Positions 1 to 9,780 of a stretch of 64,000 bases of DNA are shown one piece after another. The stretch is from an uncultured Actinomycetota bacterium (GTDB taxonomy: Bacteria; Actinomycetota; Actinomycetes; Actinomycetales; Dermatophilaceae), in assembly GCA_963807825.1 (NCBI GenBank), contig CAWEDC010000015.1, positions 195,585 to 259,584 of the forward strand, written 5' to 3'. Numbering within the stretch: the stretch's first letter is position 1; the number at the start of each line of letters is the position of its first letter. Under the pieces are notes generated by a model. It was not told the origin of the DNA. It worked only from the letters and a program-made list of their open reading frames with translations, and did no database searches. The position numbers were made by a program, and so were the translations under genes.

Positions 1-182
1 GTGACGCCAACCGACGCGTCGTCGCCCACCTCGACGAACGCGGCGACCTGCGGCCCGACATCGACCCGGTCAACGTCATGCGCCTCGTCAGCGGCATCGC
101 GAGCGTCGCCGACATGAGCCCCGAGGGCCTCGATGTGCGCCCCATGCTCGAGGTCGTCGTCGACGGGATCGTCCGCGGCTGA
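1..182 (+). CDS. 3' end of probable TetR-family regulator (partial)
   Basis: Frame 3 reads ...GDLRPDIDPVNVMRLVSGIA...MLEVVVDGIVRG, TGA at 180-182; resembles actinobacterial TetR C-termini. Confidence 0.55.
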   Translation, partial: DANRRVVAHLDERGDLRPDIDPVNVMRLVSGIASVADMSPEGLDVRPMLEVVVDGIVRG

Positions 183-219
183 GCCCGCTCCCCCGCTGTT
201 CGGGCATCCCTGCAACGCA

Positions 220-251
220 ATGCGCCGCCGACCATGTGGTCGGCGGCGCAT
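220..251. terminator. Bidirectional terminator hairpin
   Basis: Perfect inverted repeat atgcgccgccgacca-tg-tggtcggcggcgcat between convergent genes. Confidence 0.75.
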
Positions 252-288
252 CGTCATCCCACCTCGCGGTGGGTGTGGTGGGTCGGGG

Positions 289-1851
289 TCAGCAGGTGGC
301 CGAACCCGCCGGAACCGCGATGGCGTCGAAGGCCGACTTCACCGCGAGGCAGGTCGGTGACCCAGCGCCATACAGCTCCTTCGCCGAGGTGATCGCACCC
401 TCGCGGGCAGCCTTGTAGTCGCTGCGCGACGTGAGCTTGGTCGACAGCGTGCGGTACCAGACCTTCTCGATGTTGGTCCGGCCGGCACCGGTGACCGCAG
501 CGGCGCTGCCGCAGACCGGGCTGTTGTAGGCGACGCCGTTGACGGTCCGAGCGCCGGAGCCCTCGGAGGCCAGGAAGAACCAGTGGTTGAGCGGACCCGA
601 CGAGTAGTGCGGGTCGAGGTTCTTCAGGGTCGAGCTCCAGCAGTCCTTGGAGGCACCGTCCTTGCTCGGCTTGTCCATGTAGCGCAGCGGAGTGCCGTTG
701 CCACGGATGTCGATCTTCTCGCCGATGAGGTAGTCACCCGGGTCCGCTGCCGAGTTCGCGTAGAACTCGACGGCCGTGCCGAAGATGTCGGACGTGGCCT
801 CGTTGAGACCACCGGCGTCGCCGCGGTAGGCGAGTCCGGCCGTGTTCTCGGTGACGCCGTGGCTCATCTCGTGACCGGCGACGTCGATGGCCGTGAGCGG
901 CTTGGCGTTGCCCGCGCCATCGCCGTAGGTCATCTGGGTGCCGTCCCAGAACGCGTTGTTGTAGGCGTTGCCGTAGTGGACGCGGCTGCGCGCACCGACT
1001 CCGGTGTCCCAGATGCCGTTGCGACCCTGGACGTTCTTGTAGTAGTCGAACGTCTTCTCGGCGCCGTAGTGCGCGTCGACACCGGCGGTCTGACGTGAGC
1101 TCACGGAGCCGTTGCCCCACACGTCGTCCGCATCGGTGAACTGCGTGCCCGTCCCGGACGTCCCACCGTTGAGGTCGGTCGTGTAGTTCCCGAACGCGTC
1201 CTTGAGCTGGTAGGAGCCACCGGACAGCGTGGTGCCGAGGCTGACCGTGCCCGAGTACTGCGAGTTGCCCGTGCCCTCGACGATGTCGTCGTAGCGATCG
1301 AGCATCGCGCCGCTCTGGGCGTCGACGATCGTGTGGAGTCGGCTCGGGGTCTGGTCGGCCTTGACGCTCTCGACGACGACGTCATAGGCCAGTCGCGGCC
1401 CGGCCTCACCGGCGAAGACGACGAGGCTCGAGACGTCCTGCCCGGCTGCCTTCGCGGCGCTGCGGGCCTGTCCGGGGCTGAGCTTGGGCGTGGTCGCGAC
1501 CTCGACGGCCTTGGTGGCGTTCCAGCGCACGGCCTTGGTCGCACCCTTCGCAGAGCGCTCCACGACGAGGTCACCGCCAATGACCCGCAGGCCCTTGAAC
1601 GTGCGCTCGTAGCGCACGTGCTTGGTGCCGTTGGTGTCGGTCACGACGCTCTTGACCGAGAGCTGCTGGCCGGAGCCGAGGCCGAGGGCCTTGGCCGCGT
1701 CCGCGACCTTCGCCTGCTCGGCGCGGGCAGCCGGGGACTGACCGGCGTTGGCGGTGGGGGCGCTCGGGGCGGCCTGGGCCACTGCGAGTGGCGCGGCAAC
1801 AGCCGTTGCCACGGCGATGCCGAACGCGAAACCTGCTGACAGCTTCTTCAC
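289..1851 (-). CDS. Secreted M4 (thermolysin/griselysin-like) metalloprotease
   Basis: Signal peptide, FTP/PepSY-like propeptide, HEMSH and NEATSD zinc motifs. Confidence 0.92.
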   Translation of the reverse strand: MKKLSAGFAFGIAVATAVAAPLAVAQAAPSAPTANAGQSPAARAEQAKVADAAKALGLGSGQQLSVKSVVTDTNGTKHVRYERTFKGLRVIGGDLVVERSAKGATKAVRWNATKAVEVATTPKLSPGQARSAAKAAGQDVSSLVVFAGEAGPRLAYDVVVESVKADQTPSRLHTIVDAQSGAMLDRYDDIVEGTGNSQYSGTVSLGTTLSGGSYQLKDAFGNYTTDLNGGTSGTGTQFTDADDVWGNGSVSSRQTAGVDAHYGAEKTFDYYKNVQGRNGIWDTGVGARSRVHYGNAYNNAFWDGTQMTYGDGAGNAKPLTAIDVAGHEMSHGVTENTAGLAYRGDAGGLNEATSDIFGTAVEFYANSAADPGDYLIGEKIDIRGNGTPLRYMDKPSKDGASKDCWSSTLKNLDPHYSSGPLNHWFFLASEGSGARTVNGVAYNSPVCGSAAAVTGAGRTNIEKVWYRTLSTKLTSRSDYKAAREGAITSAKELYGAGSPTCLAVKSAFDAIAVPAGSATC

Positions 1852-1891
1852 GTGATCTCCTTCAGGGAAAGGTGCGCCGGGTTGGCGCGGT

Positions 1892-1938
1892 GGTGACGGC
1901 GGACGCGAGACCGGAGGTGCCCCGCACCCGCCGTCACC
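1892..1938. terminator. Intergenic stem-loop
   Basis: ggtgacggcgg ... ccgccgtcacc arms downstream of the M28 gene. Confidence 0.5.
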
Positions 1939-1953
1939 AGTTCAGGGGGCGGT

Positions 1954-3403
1954 TCAGCTGGTGCTGACCGCCGTGTCGTCGACGACGAACGACGTCTGCA
2001 ACGAGGAGTCCTCGCTCATGAGGAGCTTCACGGCGACGGTCTTGCCCTTGTATGCCGTGAGGTTGAGGGACTTCTGCGCGTATGCCGCCGTGGCACCGAC
2101 GTTGGAGTACGTCGCCAGGGTGGTGGTCGTCGAACCATCGACGACCTGCACCTTCAACGTGTCGTAGGCCGTGCTGCCGGACTCGGCCGTGTCGGTGCGC
2201 AGCCAGAACGACAGGGTCGCTGCCGTGACGGTCGACGGGATCGCGACGCTCTGCTGGATCGTCTCGGTCGAGGTCGAGCCGTTGCCACCCAGCCACGCCT
2301 TCCAGGTGCCCGTGCGAGCCGGGACGACCGGAGTTGCTCGTGATCGGACCGGACGTCCCGGTCCAGTTCACCGCGCCGGACTCGAAGCCCGGGTTGAGGA
2401 GCAGGTTGCCACCGGTGGGCGGCGGCGTCGTCCCGTAGTCCTTGGCGGCATAGAGCCACAGCATGTGGCCGATGAGGTCCACGCCGCGGTCGAGCGAGGT
2501 CACGTTGATGTTGCTGATCGTGTCGCAGGACGAGTGGTAGCACGGGTCGAAGGCGCGGCCAGCAGTTCCGCCCCACTTCGTGGCCTGGCTGGTCGACTTG
2601 AGGGTCTCGGCGCCACTGAAGATGCCCGCCGTCGCGATGCCGTACGACCGGAAGGCCGCGTGGTCACTGCGACCCTGCACGTCGATGTACTCCCAAGGGA
2701 TGCCCTTCGAGGTGTACCAGGCGGTGAGCTCGTCACGTGCGCCGTTGCCCGCCGCGTTGTCGTCGTAGACGAAGTAGCCCGGGTTGGGCGAGCCGATCAT
2801 GTCGAAGTTCAGGTAGACCCTGATCTTGTTCTTCTCGGTGGTCGGCAGGCTGTTCATGTAGTACTTCGAGCCCAGGAGGCCGAGTTCCTCGGCACCCCAG
2901 AACCCGATGCGAAGGCGACTCTTCGCGCTCTGTCCGCTCGCGGCATACGCCAGGGCAGCCTCGAGAACTCCGGCGCTGCCGGAACCGTTGTCGTTGATGC
3001 CGGGGCCGTTCGACACGCTGTCGAGGTGACCGCCGAGCATGACGACGTTGTTGGCGTCACCGGCCGGCCACTCTGCGATGAGGTTGGAGGAGGTTCCGGC
3101 GGAGGTGCTGAAGTTCTGCACGGTCGTCGTGTAGCCGGCGGCGTCGAGCTTGCCCTTCACGTAGTTGATCGACGCCGTGTAGCCGGGCCGACCGGTGTAG
3201 CGGTTGCCGCCGTTCGCCGTGGCGATCGACTGCAGCTGGTTCAGGTGCGCCTGCGTGTTGGCGACCGAGATGTCGGGGCTGGCCGCGACGGCGGTGGGGC
3301 CGCTCGGATGCGCCTGAGTCACAGGGGCCGCTGCCACGAGGGTGGCTGCGGCGAGGGACGCGACGGCCACTGGGGCGAGGAACTGTCGGATGTGCGAAGG
3401 CAT
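1954..3403 (-). CDS. Secreted M28 aminopeptidase (SGAP-like) with C-terminal beta-sandwich domain; one frameshift near 2320
   Basis: GGHLDSV, NDNGSGS, AEELGL, NFDMIG and YHSSCD motifs; C-terminal domain continues in ORF 1954..2157 and matches the neighbouring M4. Confidence 0.88.
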
Positions 3404-3432
3404 GGGAGGTCTCCTTGGGGATGCAGCGAAAG

Positions 3433-3471
3433 GGGCCGGGTCGGCGCTCGCGAGGAGCGCCGACCCGGCCC
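3433..3471. terminator. Intergenic stem-loop
   Basis: 17-bp perfect arms gggccgggtcggcgctc / gagcgccgacccggccc with 5-nt loop. Confidence 0.65.
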
Positions 3472-3479
3472 GGATCCGA

Positions 3480-5543
3480 CTAGCTGGTGGCCAGTGCCGT
3501 GTCGTCGACGACGAACGACGTCTGCAGCGAGGAGTCCTCACTCATGAGGTACTTCACCGTGATCGTCTTGCCCTTGTAGGCCGTCACGTTGAACGACTTC
3601 TGGGTGTAGGTCGCGTTGGTCCCGACGTTGGAGTACGTCGCCAGGGTGGTGGTCGTCGAACCATCGACGACCTGGACCTTCATCGTGTCGTAGGCCGTGC
3701 TGCCGGACTCGGCCGTGTCCGTGCGGAGCCAGAACGACAGGGTCGCTGCGGTCACGGTCGACGGGATCGCGACGCTCTGCTGGACGGTTTCGGTCGAGGT
3801 CGAGCCGTTGCCACCGAGCCACGCCTTCCAGCTGCCCGTGCGTGCCGGACGACCGGTGTTGTTGGTGATCGGGCCGGCGGTTCCGGTCCAGTTCACCGCG
3901 CCGGACTCGAAGCCCGGGTTGAGGAGCAGGTTGCCACCGGTGGGCGGCGGCGTGGTGCCACCGCAGGTCTCCGTGCCGGCCGGCACGGAGATGGCCGTGA
4001 AGGCTGCCTCGACCGACAGGCAGGTCTGGCTCGTTGCGCCGTAGAGCTCCTTGGCGGAGGCGATCGCACCGTTGCGGGCGTTGGCGTACGTGCTGCCGGA
4101 GGTGAGCTTGGTCGCCAGGGTCCGGTACCAGACCTTCTCGACGTTGCTGCGTCCTGCGCCGGTCACTGCCGGGGCCCCACCACAGGTGGCGCTGTTGTAG
4201 CTGACGCCGTTGATCGTCTTGGCGCCCGAGCCCTCGGAGGCCATGTAGAACCAGTGGTTCAGCGCACCCGAGGAGTAGTGCGGGTCAAGGTTCTTGGTGT
4301 TGGTGGACCAGCAGTCGGGGCTGGACCCGTCCTTGCTCGGCTTGTCCATGTAGCGCAGCGGGGTGCCGTTGCCGTTGATGTTGATCTTCTCGCCGATGAG
4401 GTAGTCGCCCACGTCGGTGGCATTGCTGGCGTAGAACTCGACCGCGGTGCCGAAGATGTCGGACGTGGCCTCGTTGAGGCCGCCCGCGTCACCGCTGTAG
4501 TTGAGGTTCGCGGTGTTCTCGGTGACACCGTGGCTCATCTCGTGGGCCGCGACGTCGATGGAGGTGAGCGGGTGGGTGTTGCTGGTCCCGTCGCCGTAGG
4601 TCATCTGGGTGCCGTCCCAGAACGCGTTGACGTAGGCGTTGCCGTAGTGGACGCGGCTGCGCGCACCGACTCCGGTGTTCCAGATGCCGGCGCGGCCGAG
4701 GACCGAGTTGTAGTAGGCGTAGGTCTTCTCGGCGCCGTACTGCGCGTCGACGCCCGCGGTCTGACGGCTGCTCGCCGCACCGGTGCCCCAGACGTTGTCG
4801 GCATCGGTGAACTGCGTGCCGGTGCCGGACGTCCCACCGTTGAGGTCGGTCGTGTAGTTGCCGATGGAGTCCTTGAGGAGCCAGGAGCTGCCGGACTGGA
4901 TCGTGTTGAGCGTGACGGTGCCGGAGTACATCGAGTTCCCGCTGCCGTGCTTGATCTCGTCCCAGGACTGCAGGATCGCGCCGGAGTTGGCGTCGACGAG
5001 GGTGTGGAGACGGGTCGGCGTCTGGTCGGCCTTGATGCCCTCGGTGATGACCTCATAGGCCAGTCGCGGAGCGTCGCCGCCGGCCCAGACCACGAGCTCG
5101 CTCGCCTCGGCCTTGGCCGGTGCACTCTTGCGCGCATTGGTGGTCGCGACGGCCGAAGCGTCAGCAGCGCTCTTCTTGGGGGTCGTCGACGCGACCGCCG
5201 CCTTGCCAGAGGCGTTGAACTGGACGTCCTTCTTGGCGCCGCTCTTGGACTTGGCGAGGACGAGGTCCCCACCGATGACGCGCAGGCCCTTGAAGGTGCG
5301 GTTGTAGCGCACGTGCTGCGTGCCGTCCTTGTCCGTGAGGACCGACGTCGCGACGAGCTTCTCGTCAGCAGACAGGCCGAGCGCTGCGTGGTCGCCGACC
5401 GGGTCGGCCTGGGACTTCGGGGCCATGGTCGGCCACGTGGTGTCCGATCCGAGGGCGTGTGCCGCAGGAACGGCCAGGGACAGGGCCAGAGGAAGGGCCA
5501 GGGCAGCGGTGACCGCCATGGCTCCAGTGGATCGTCGAATCAC
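3480..5543 (-). CDS. Secreted M4 metalloprotease with C-terminal beta-sandwich domain
   Basis: GTG start after GAAGAGG; HEMSH and NEATSD motifs; TTPPPTGG linker followed by NLLLNPGFE domain. Confidence 0.92.
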   Translation of the reverse strand: MIRRSTGAMAVTAALALPLALSLAVPAAHALGSDTTWPTMAPKSQADPVGDHAALGLSADEKLVATSVLTDKDGTQHVRYNRTFKGLRVIGGDLVLAKSKSGAKKDVQFNASGKAAVASTTPKKSAADASAVATTNARKSAPAKAEASELVVWAGGDAPRLAYEVITEGIKADQTPTRLHTLVDANSGAILQSWDEIKHGSGNSMYSGTVTLNTIQSGSSWLLKDSIGNYTTDLNGGTSGTGTQFTDADNVWGTGAASSRQTAGVDAQYGAEKTYAYYNSVLGRAGIWNTGVGARSRVHYGNAYVNAFWDGTQMTYGDGTSNTHPLTSIDVAAHEMSHGVTENTANLNYSGDAGGLNEATSDIFGTAVEFYASNATDVGDYLIGEKININGNGTPLRYMDKPSKDGSSPDCWSTNTKNLDPHYSSGALNHWFYMASEGSGAKTINGVSYNSATCGGAPAVTGAGRSNVEKVWYRTLATKLTSGSTYANARNGAIASAKELYGATSQTCLSVEAAFTAISVPAGTETCGGTTPPPTGGNLLLNPGFESGAVNWTGTAGPITNNTGRPARTGSWKAWLGGNGSTSTETVQQSVAIPSTVTAATLSFWLRTDTAESGSTAYDTMKVQVVDGSTTTTLATYSNVGTNATYTQKSFNVTAYKGKTITVKYLMSEDSSLQTSFVVDDTALATS

Positions 5544-5744
5544 GTCGTACCTCTTCTTCTCGTTCGGACCGCACGGGATGACGTGCGATCTCGGGTGGAA
5601 GCGTCGTCCCCCTCCGGAGCGGCCTCGGGTGTGCCACGGGCTTCGGCGCGACTCGAACACAACTCGTGAGTAGTGGCGCGCGTCAACGAAACTGACCAAT
5701 CCTTTGCCAAACCCAGACTTTGTCACCGGCCTGGCACGACCATC

Positions 5745-5773
5745 GGTCAAGAGAGGGTCAAGGATTGGTCAAG
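5745..5773. promoter_or_regulatory. Three GGTCAAG direct repeats at 11-bp period (putative activator site)
   Basis: Copies at 5745, 5756 and 5767 in the divergent protease/ctaA intergenic region. Confidence 0.55.
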
Positions 5774-5886
5774 CGGGTGAGCCACGCGCCTGAAGGGGTG
5801 CGTGGAGATTTCTTCCGCGCCTGGCCGCGAGGCCGGGATGGTGCCCCGTCGGGCACGCTGCAGGGCGGTCCCATACCCTGCGTTAG

Positions 5887-6791
5887 GTGAGCACGCTGAT
5901 CTCCCGGAACTATCACCGCATCCTCTTCGCCAACCTCGTGGCCCAGGTGGGGATCATCGTCTCGGGCGGCCTCGTGCGCCTCACCGGCAGCGGTCTGGGG
6001 TGCCCGACGTGGCCCGAGTGCGTCCCCGGCTCCTACGTCCCGGTGCAGGGAGCAGGCCGAGGGCTTCCACAAGGCTCATCGAGTTCGGCAACCGCACCCT
6101 CACCAGCGTCCTCGCCGTCATCGCCATCCTCGCCGTCGTTGCCGTGTGGCGGTGCGCGCCGGTGCGACGCCTCAAGATCGCGGCAGCGACAGTGCTCGGC
6201 GGCGTGGTCTTCCAGGCCGCCCTCGGCGGTGTCACCGTCCTCACCGAACTGCACCCGGTGACGGTGGCCGCCCACTTCCTTGTCTCGGCCGGGCTCGTGG
6301 CGGCCGCGGCATACCTCTGGTTCGCCCGCAACGAGCGTGACGGAGAGCCGACGTCCCTCGTTCCCGAACTCATCCAGCGGATCGCGTGGCTCACCTGCGG
6401 CGTCGGTGCCGTCGTGCTGGTCCTCGGCACGGTCGTGACCGGCTCAGGTCCGCACTCGGGCGACGCCGATGCCCCCGCCCGCTTCGGCTTCGACCCGCGC
6501 ACGATCTCCTGGCTGCACGCGGATGCGGTGATGCTCTTCATCGGTCTCGTCGTGGCGGTCTGGCTCGCGACCCGCCTCTCCCCTGCCCCGGACTCGGTGA
6601 GCTCGGCGTGGCGCGTGGTGCTTCTCGTGACCCTCGCCCAGGGGCTGATCGGCTACGTCCAGTACCTCACCGACCTGCCCGAGGTCCTCGTGCTCACCCA
6701 CATGTTCGGCGCGGCGGCACTCGTCGTGGCTCTCACGAATGGTCTGGTCTCGTTGCGCACTCTGGAACCCCGGGATATTCCACAAGAGTAG
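5887..6791 (+). CDS. ctaA: Heme A synthase (COX15/CtaA), frameshift near 6055
   Basis: GGLVRLTGSGLGCPTWPEC, IEFGNR, VAAHFL, VTGSGPHSGD motifs split over two frames. Confidence 0.88.
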
Positions 6792-6820
6792 TTGCACAAG
6801 AGTTCTTGTGGGTCTATGGT
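6792..6820 (+). promoter_or_regulatory. Sigma70-type promoter with overlapping palindromic operator
   Basis: TTGCAC-17 nt-TATGGT, ATG 7 nt downstream; palindrome CACAAGA-gt-TCTTGTG at 6795-6810; cacaagagt also at 6781. Confidence 0.7.
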
Positions 6821-6827
6821 CGTCGAC

Positions 6828-7427
6828 ATGACGAAGCCACAGACCCCCGATCGGCGGTCCTCCGACGGTGTCCGGACGATCACGGATGCCAAGGCCCTCT
6901 CGGCCATGGCCAACGCGTTCCGCTCGCGCATGATGGACGCCCTCAAGGTCGACGGACCCTCCACCGCCTCCGCGCTCGCTGCCCGCACCGGACAGGCCGT
7001 GGGCTCGGCGAGCCACCACCTCAAGGTGCTGAGCGAGGCCGGCCTCGTCGAGGAGGCCCCCGAACTGGCCAAGGACCGCCGCGAACGCTGGTGGCGCCTC
7101 GTCGATCCGGGCACCCGGTGGTCGCGGGCCGACTTCGCGGACGACACCGCTGCGGTCACTGCGGCGTATGCCGCGGAGGCGCTTACCGTCCAGCGGCAGT
7201 TCGAGCGGGTCCAGGAATGGAACGCCAACGCGGCCACCGTGCCCGAGTGGGATGACGTGGCCTTCGCCACCCAGAACTGGATGCGCCTCTCCCCCGCGGA
7301 AATGCGGGAGGTCGCCGACGAGCTCGTCGAGGTTCTCGTGAGATGGAGTCAGCGGCAGATCCCCGACGACGGCGTCGAGCGAGAGCCGGTCTTCGTGTTC
7401 TCCCGCGGCTTCCCGGCCCAGCCATGA
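6828..7427 (+). CDS. ArsR-like winged-helix transcriptional regulator
   Basis: ALSAMANAFRSRMMDALKVDGPSTASALA...SHHLKVLSEAGLVEE...RERWW. Confidence 0.8.
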   Translation: MTKPQTPDRRSSDGVRTITDAKALSAMANAFRSRMMDALKVDGPSTASALAARTGQAVGSASHHLKVLSEAGLVEEAPELAKDRRERWWRLVDPGTRWSRADFADDTAAVTAAYAAEALTVQRQFERVQEWNANAATVPEWDDVAFATQNWMRLSPAEMREVADELVEVLVRWSQRQIPDDGVEREPVFVFSRGFPAQP

Positions 7428-8740
7428 CGACGCCCATGGACGCAGTCGCGCCCCAGCCCACGCTGGCGCGCAACCGGAACTTCCGACTGCTGTGGATCGG
7501 CGAGGGCGTCAGCGTCCTCGGTTCGATGACGACGACGGTCATCTTCCCGCTCATGGCCGTGACCCAGTTCGACGCCGGTCCCTTCTGGATGGGCATCCTC
7601 GCCGGTGCCATCTGGCTGCCCTGGCTCGTGCTCGGGCTCTTCGCCGGCGCGTGGGTGGACCGCTCGGACCCGCGTCGCGTGATGATGCGTGCGGATCTCG
7701 CGGCCGCCCTCGTGGTCGCCACCGTGCCGGTCGCCTGGGCTCTTGACGTTCTCACCCTCCCCCACCTCGTTCTCACCGCGCTGGGACTGGGCTGCTCCAC
7801 GGTCTTCTTCCGGACGGCATACTCCGCGTTCGTTCCACGGGTGGTGGCGAGTTCCGATCTCGAACGGGCCAACGCGCGGATCTATGGCACCGAGTCCGCG
7901 ATGCAGATCGGCGGGCCCGGCGTGGGCGGCCTTCTCGTGCAGGCGTTCTCGGCCGCGTTTGCGGTCGTCATCGACGTCCTCAGCTTCGTGGTCTCCTGGG
8001 TGTGTCTGGCCCGCATGCGTCCCGAGGAGCTCGCCCCCGAGCCCGAGCGCCAGGAACCTGAGCCCATGGCCCGCCAGATCAAGGAGGGCGTGGTGATCGT
8101 GGCCCGCGATCCCTACTTCCGGTTCATGACCCTGCTGGGCAGTCTCGGCAACTTCGCGCTCACGGGATATGGGGCGCTGCTCGTGCTCTTCATGGTGCGC
8201 GACCTGGGGCTGGAGCCGGGATCGGTGGGTCTGGTGATGTCGTTCGGCTCCGTCGGTGGTCTGCTCGGAGCCACTGTCGCCACACGCACGACCCGGTGGC
8301 TCGGGAATGCGGGAGCGCTGCGCTGGCTGCAGGTTGTCGGCGGGCCACCGGCGCTGCTCATCGCGTTGGCCTGGCCCGGCGCCGGAGCAGCAATGGTCGC
8401 GCTGGGCTCGTTCTTCGTCGGGCTGGGTGTCGTGGGCGCCAACGTCGTGCGCAGCTCGTTCCGCGTCCGCTACACCCCGCCCGAACTCCTGGGCAGGACG
8501 ATGGCCACGTCAGCCGTCCTCAACTTCGGGACGATGCCCCTGGCCGGACTGGTCGCCGGTGCGCTCGGCACCTGGATCGGCGTCCGCGAGACGATCTTCC
8601 TCATGGCCGCGGTCCACGCCGTTGGCTCGTTCGCGGTGTTCATCGGCCCCTATCGCACGGGCCGCGACCTGCCCGATCAGCCGATGGCGAGGTGGACCAA
8701 CGGGTCGATGGCGACCGCGAGGAAGAGCAGCGTCACGTAG
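7424..8740 (+). CDS. MFS transporter
   Basis: NFRLLWIG start, GAWVDR motif A, about 12 hydrophobic segments; ATGA overlap with the regulator. Confidence 0.85.
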   Translation: MTTPMDAVAPQPTLARNRNFRLLWIGEGVSVLGSMTTTVIFPLMAVTQFDAGPFWMGILAGAIWLPWLVLGLFAGAWVDRSDPRRVMMRADLAAALVVATVPVAWALDVLTLPHLVLTALGLGCSTVFFRTAYSAFVPRVVASSDLERANARIYGTESAMQIGGPGVGGLLVQAFSAAFAVVIDVLSFVVSWVCLARMRPEELAPEPERQEPEPMARQIKEGVVIVARDPYFRFMTLLGSLGNFALTGYGALLVLFMVRDLGLEPGSVGLVMSFGSVGGLLGATVATRTTRWLGNAGALRWLQVVGGPPALLIALAWPGAGAAMVALGSFFVGLGVVGANVVRSSFRVRYTPPELLGRTMATSAVLNFGTMPLAGLVAGALGTWIGVRETIFLMAAVHAVGSFAVFIGPYRTGRDLPDQPMARWTNGSMATARKSSVT

Positions 8741-9621
8741 GTGATCGAGAAGTGGAAGAGCCGCATCGGCTTGAGCACCTTGGTCGCGGCACCGGTCTTG
8801 GCGAGGCGCAGCAGACGGTGGGCCTCGCCGATGAAGACGGCGCCGCTCACGACGGCGGCCACGAGGTAGATCCAGCCCATGTCCGCGACGGGGACAAGGG
8901 CCAGGGACACGGCGACCATGACCCAGCTGTAGGCGACGATCTGGCGGGCCACCGCAATGGCGCCGCGCTCGACGGGAAGCATCGGCACATGCGCGTTGGC
9001 GTAGTCGTCCTTGAACGCCATGGACAACGGCCAGTAGTGCGGCGGAGTCCAGAAGAAGATGACGAGGAAGAGGATGACGGCCGGCCAGCCGACCGTTCCG
9101 GTGACGGCGGACCACCCGATGAGCGTCGGCATGCAGCCGGCCACCCCGCCCCAGACGATGTTCTGGGGGGTGCGGCGCTTGAGGATCATCGTGTAGAGCA
9201 CGGCATACAGAACGATCGCCGCCAGGGACAGCAGGGCAGAGGCGACGTTGACGAGCACGACGAACCACACCGTCGACAGGACGGCCAGTGCGGCGCCGAA
9301 GATCAGCCCGGCACGGGGGGTGATCTCGCCCGTCACCATGGGCCGGTTCTTGGTCCGATCCATGAGCGCGTCGATGTCGCGGTCGTAGACACAGTTGAAC
9401 GTGTTGGCCGCACCGGCGCTGAGGGTGCCACCGATGAGAGTCGCGACCACGAGCCAGAGGTTCGGGACGCCGCGCTCGGCGAGGAACATCACGGGAACCG
9501 TTGTCACGAGCAGCAACTCGATGATCCGGGGCTTCGTGAGCGCGACGTAGTTGCCCACCGATCGCTTCCAGCCAGTCGTCGGCAAAACCGGCGAGGCGGT
9601 GCTGATCGGGGCGGTGGCCAC
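8677..9621 (-). CDS. ctaB: Protoheme IX farnesyltransferase (heme O synthase)
   Basis: [29 protein letters not shown] motifs. Confidence 0.95.
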   Translation of the reverse strand: MATAPISTASPVLPTTGWKRSVGNYVALTKPRIIELLLVTTVPVMFLAERGVPNLWLVVATLIGGTLSAGAANTFNCVYDRDIDALMDRTKNRPMVTGEITPRAGLIFGAALAVLSTVWFVVLVNVASALLSLAAIVLYAVLYTMILKRRTPQNIVWGGVAGCMPTLIGWSAVTGTVGWPAVILFLVIFFWTPPHYWPLSMAFKDDYANAHVPMLPVERGAIAVARQIVAYSWVMVAVSLALVPVADMGWIYLVAAVVSGAVFIGEAHRLLRLAKTGAATKVLKPMRLFHFSITYVTLLFLAVAIDPLVHLAIG

Positions 9622-9780
9622 GGCGTCCTTCGGGAGTAGTTCGCGGTGCGGTGGGGCGGTCGAGTCAACGCGAGTCTAACCGGGGCTGGACGTGGTCGCT
9701 CGCACCGGTGGGCTGCGGTCTAGGGTGGGAATCAAAGGTTTGATCTGCATCACATTCGCTCGACGTCAGAGAGGCTCCAC

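Noticed and set aside
5653-5668. Possible LexA box TCGAAC-N4
   Set aside because: The right half is CTCGTG rather than GTTCGA, and it lies upstream of proteases.
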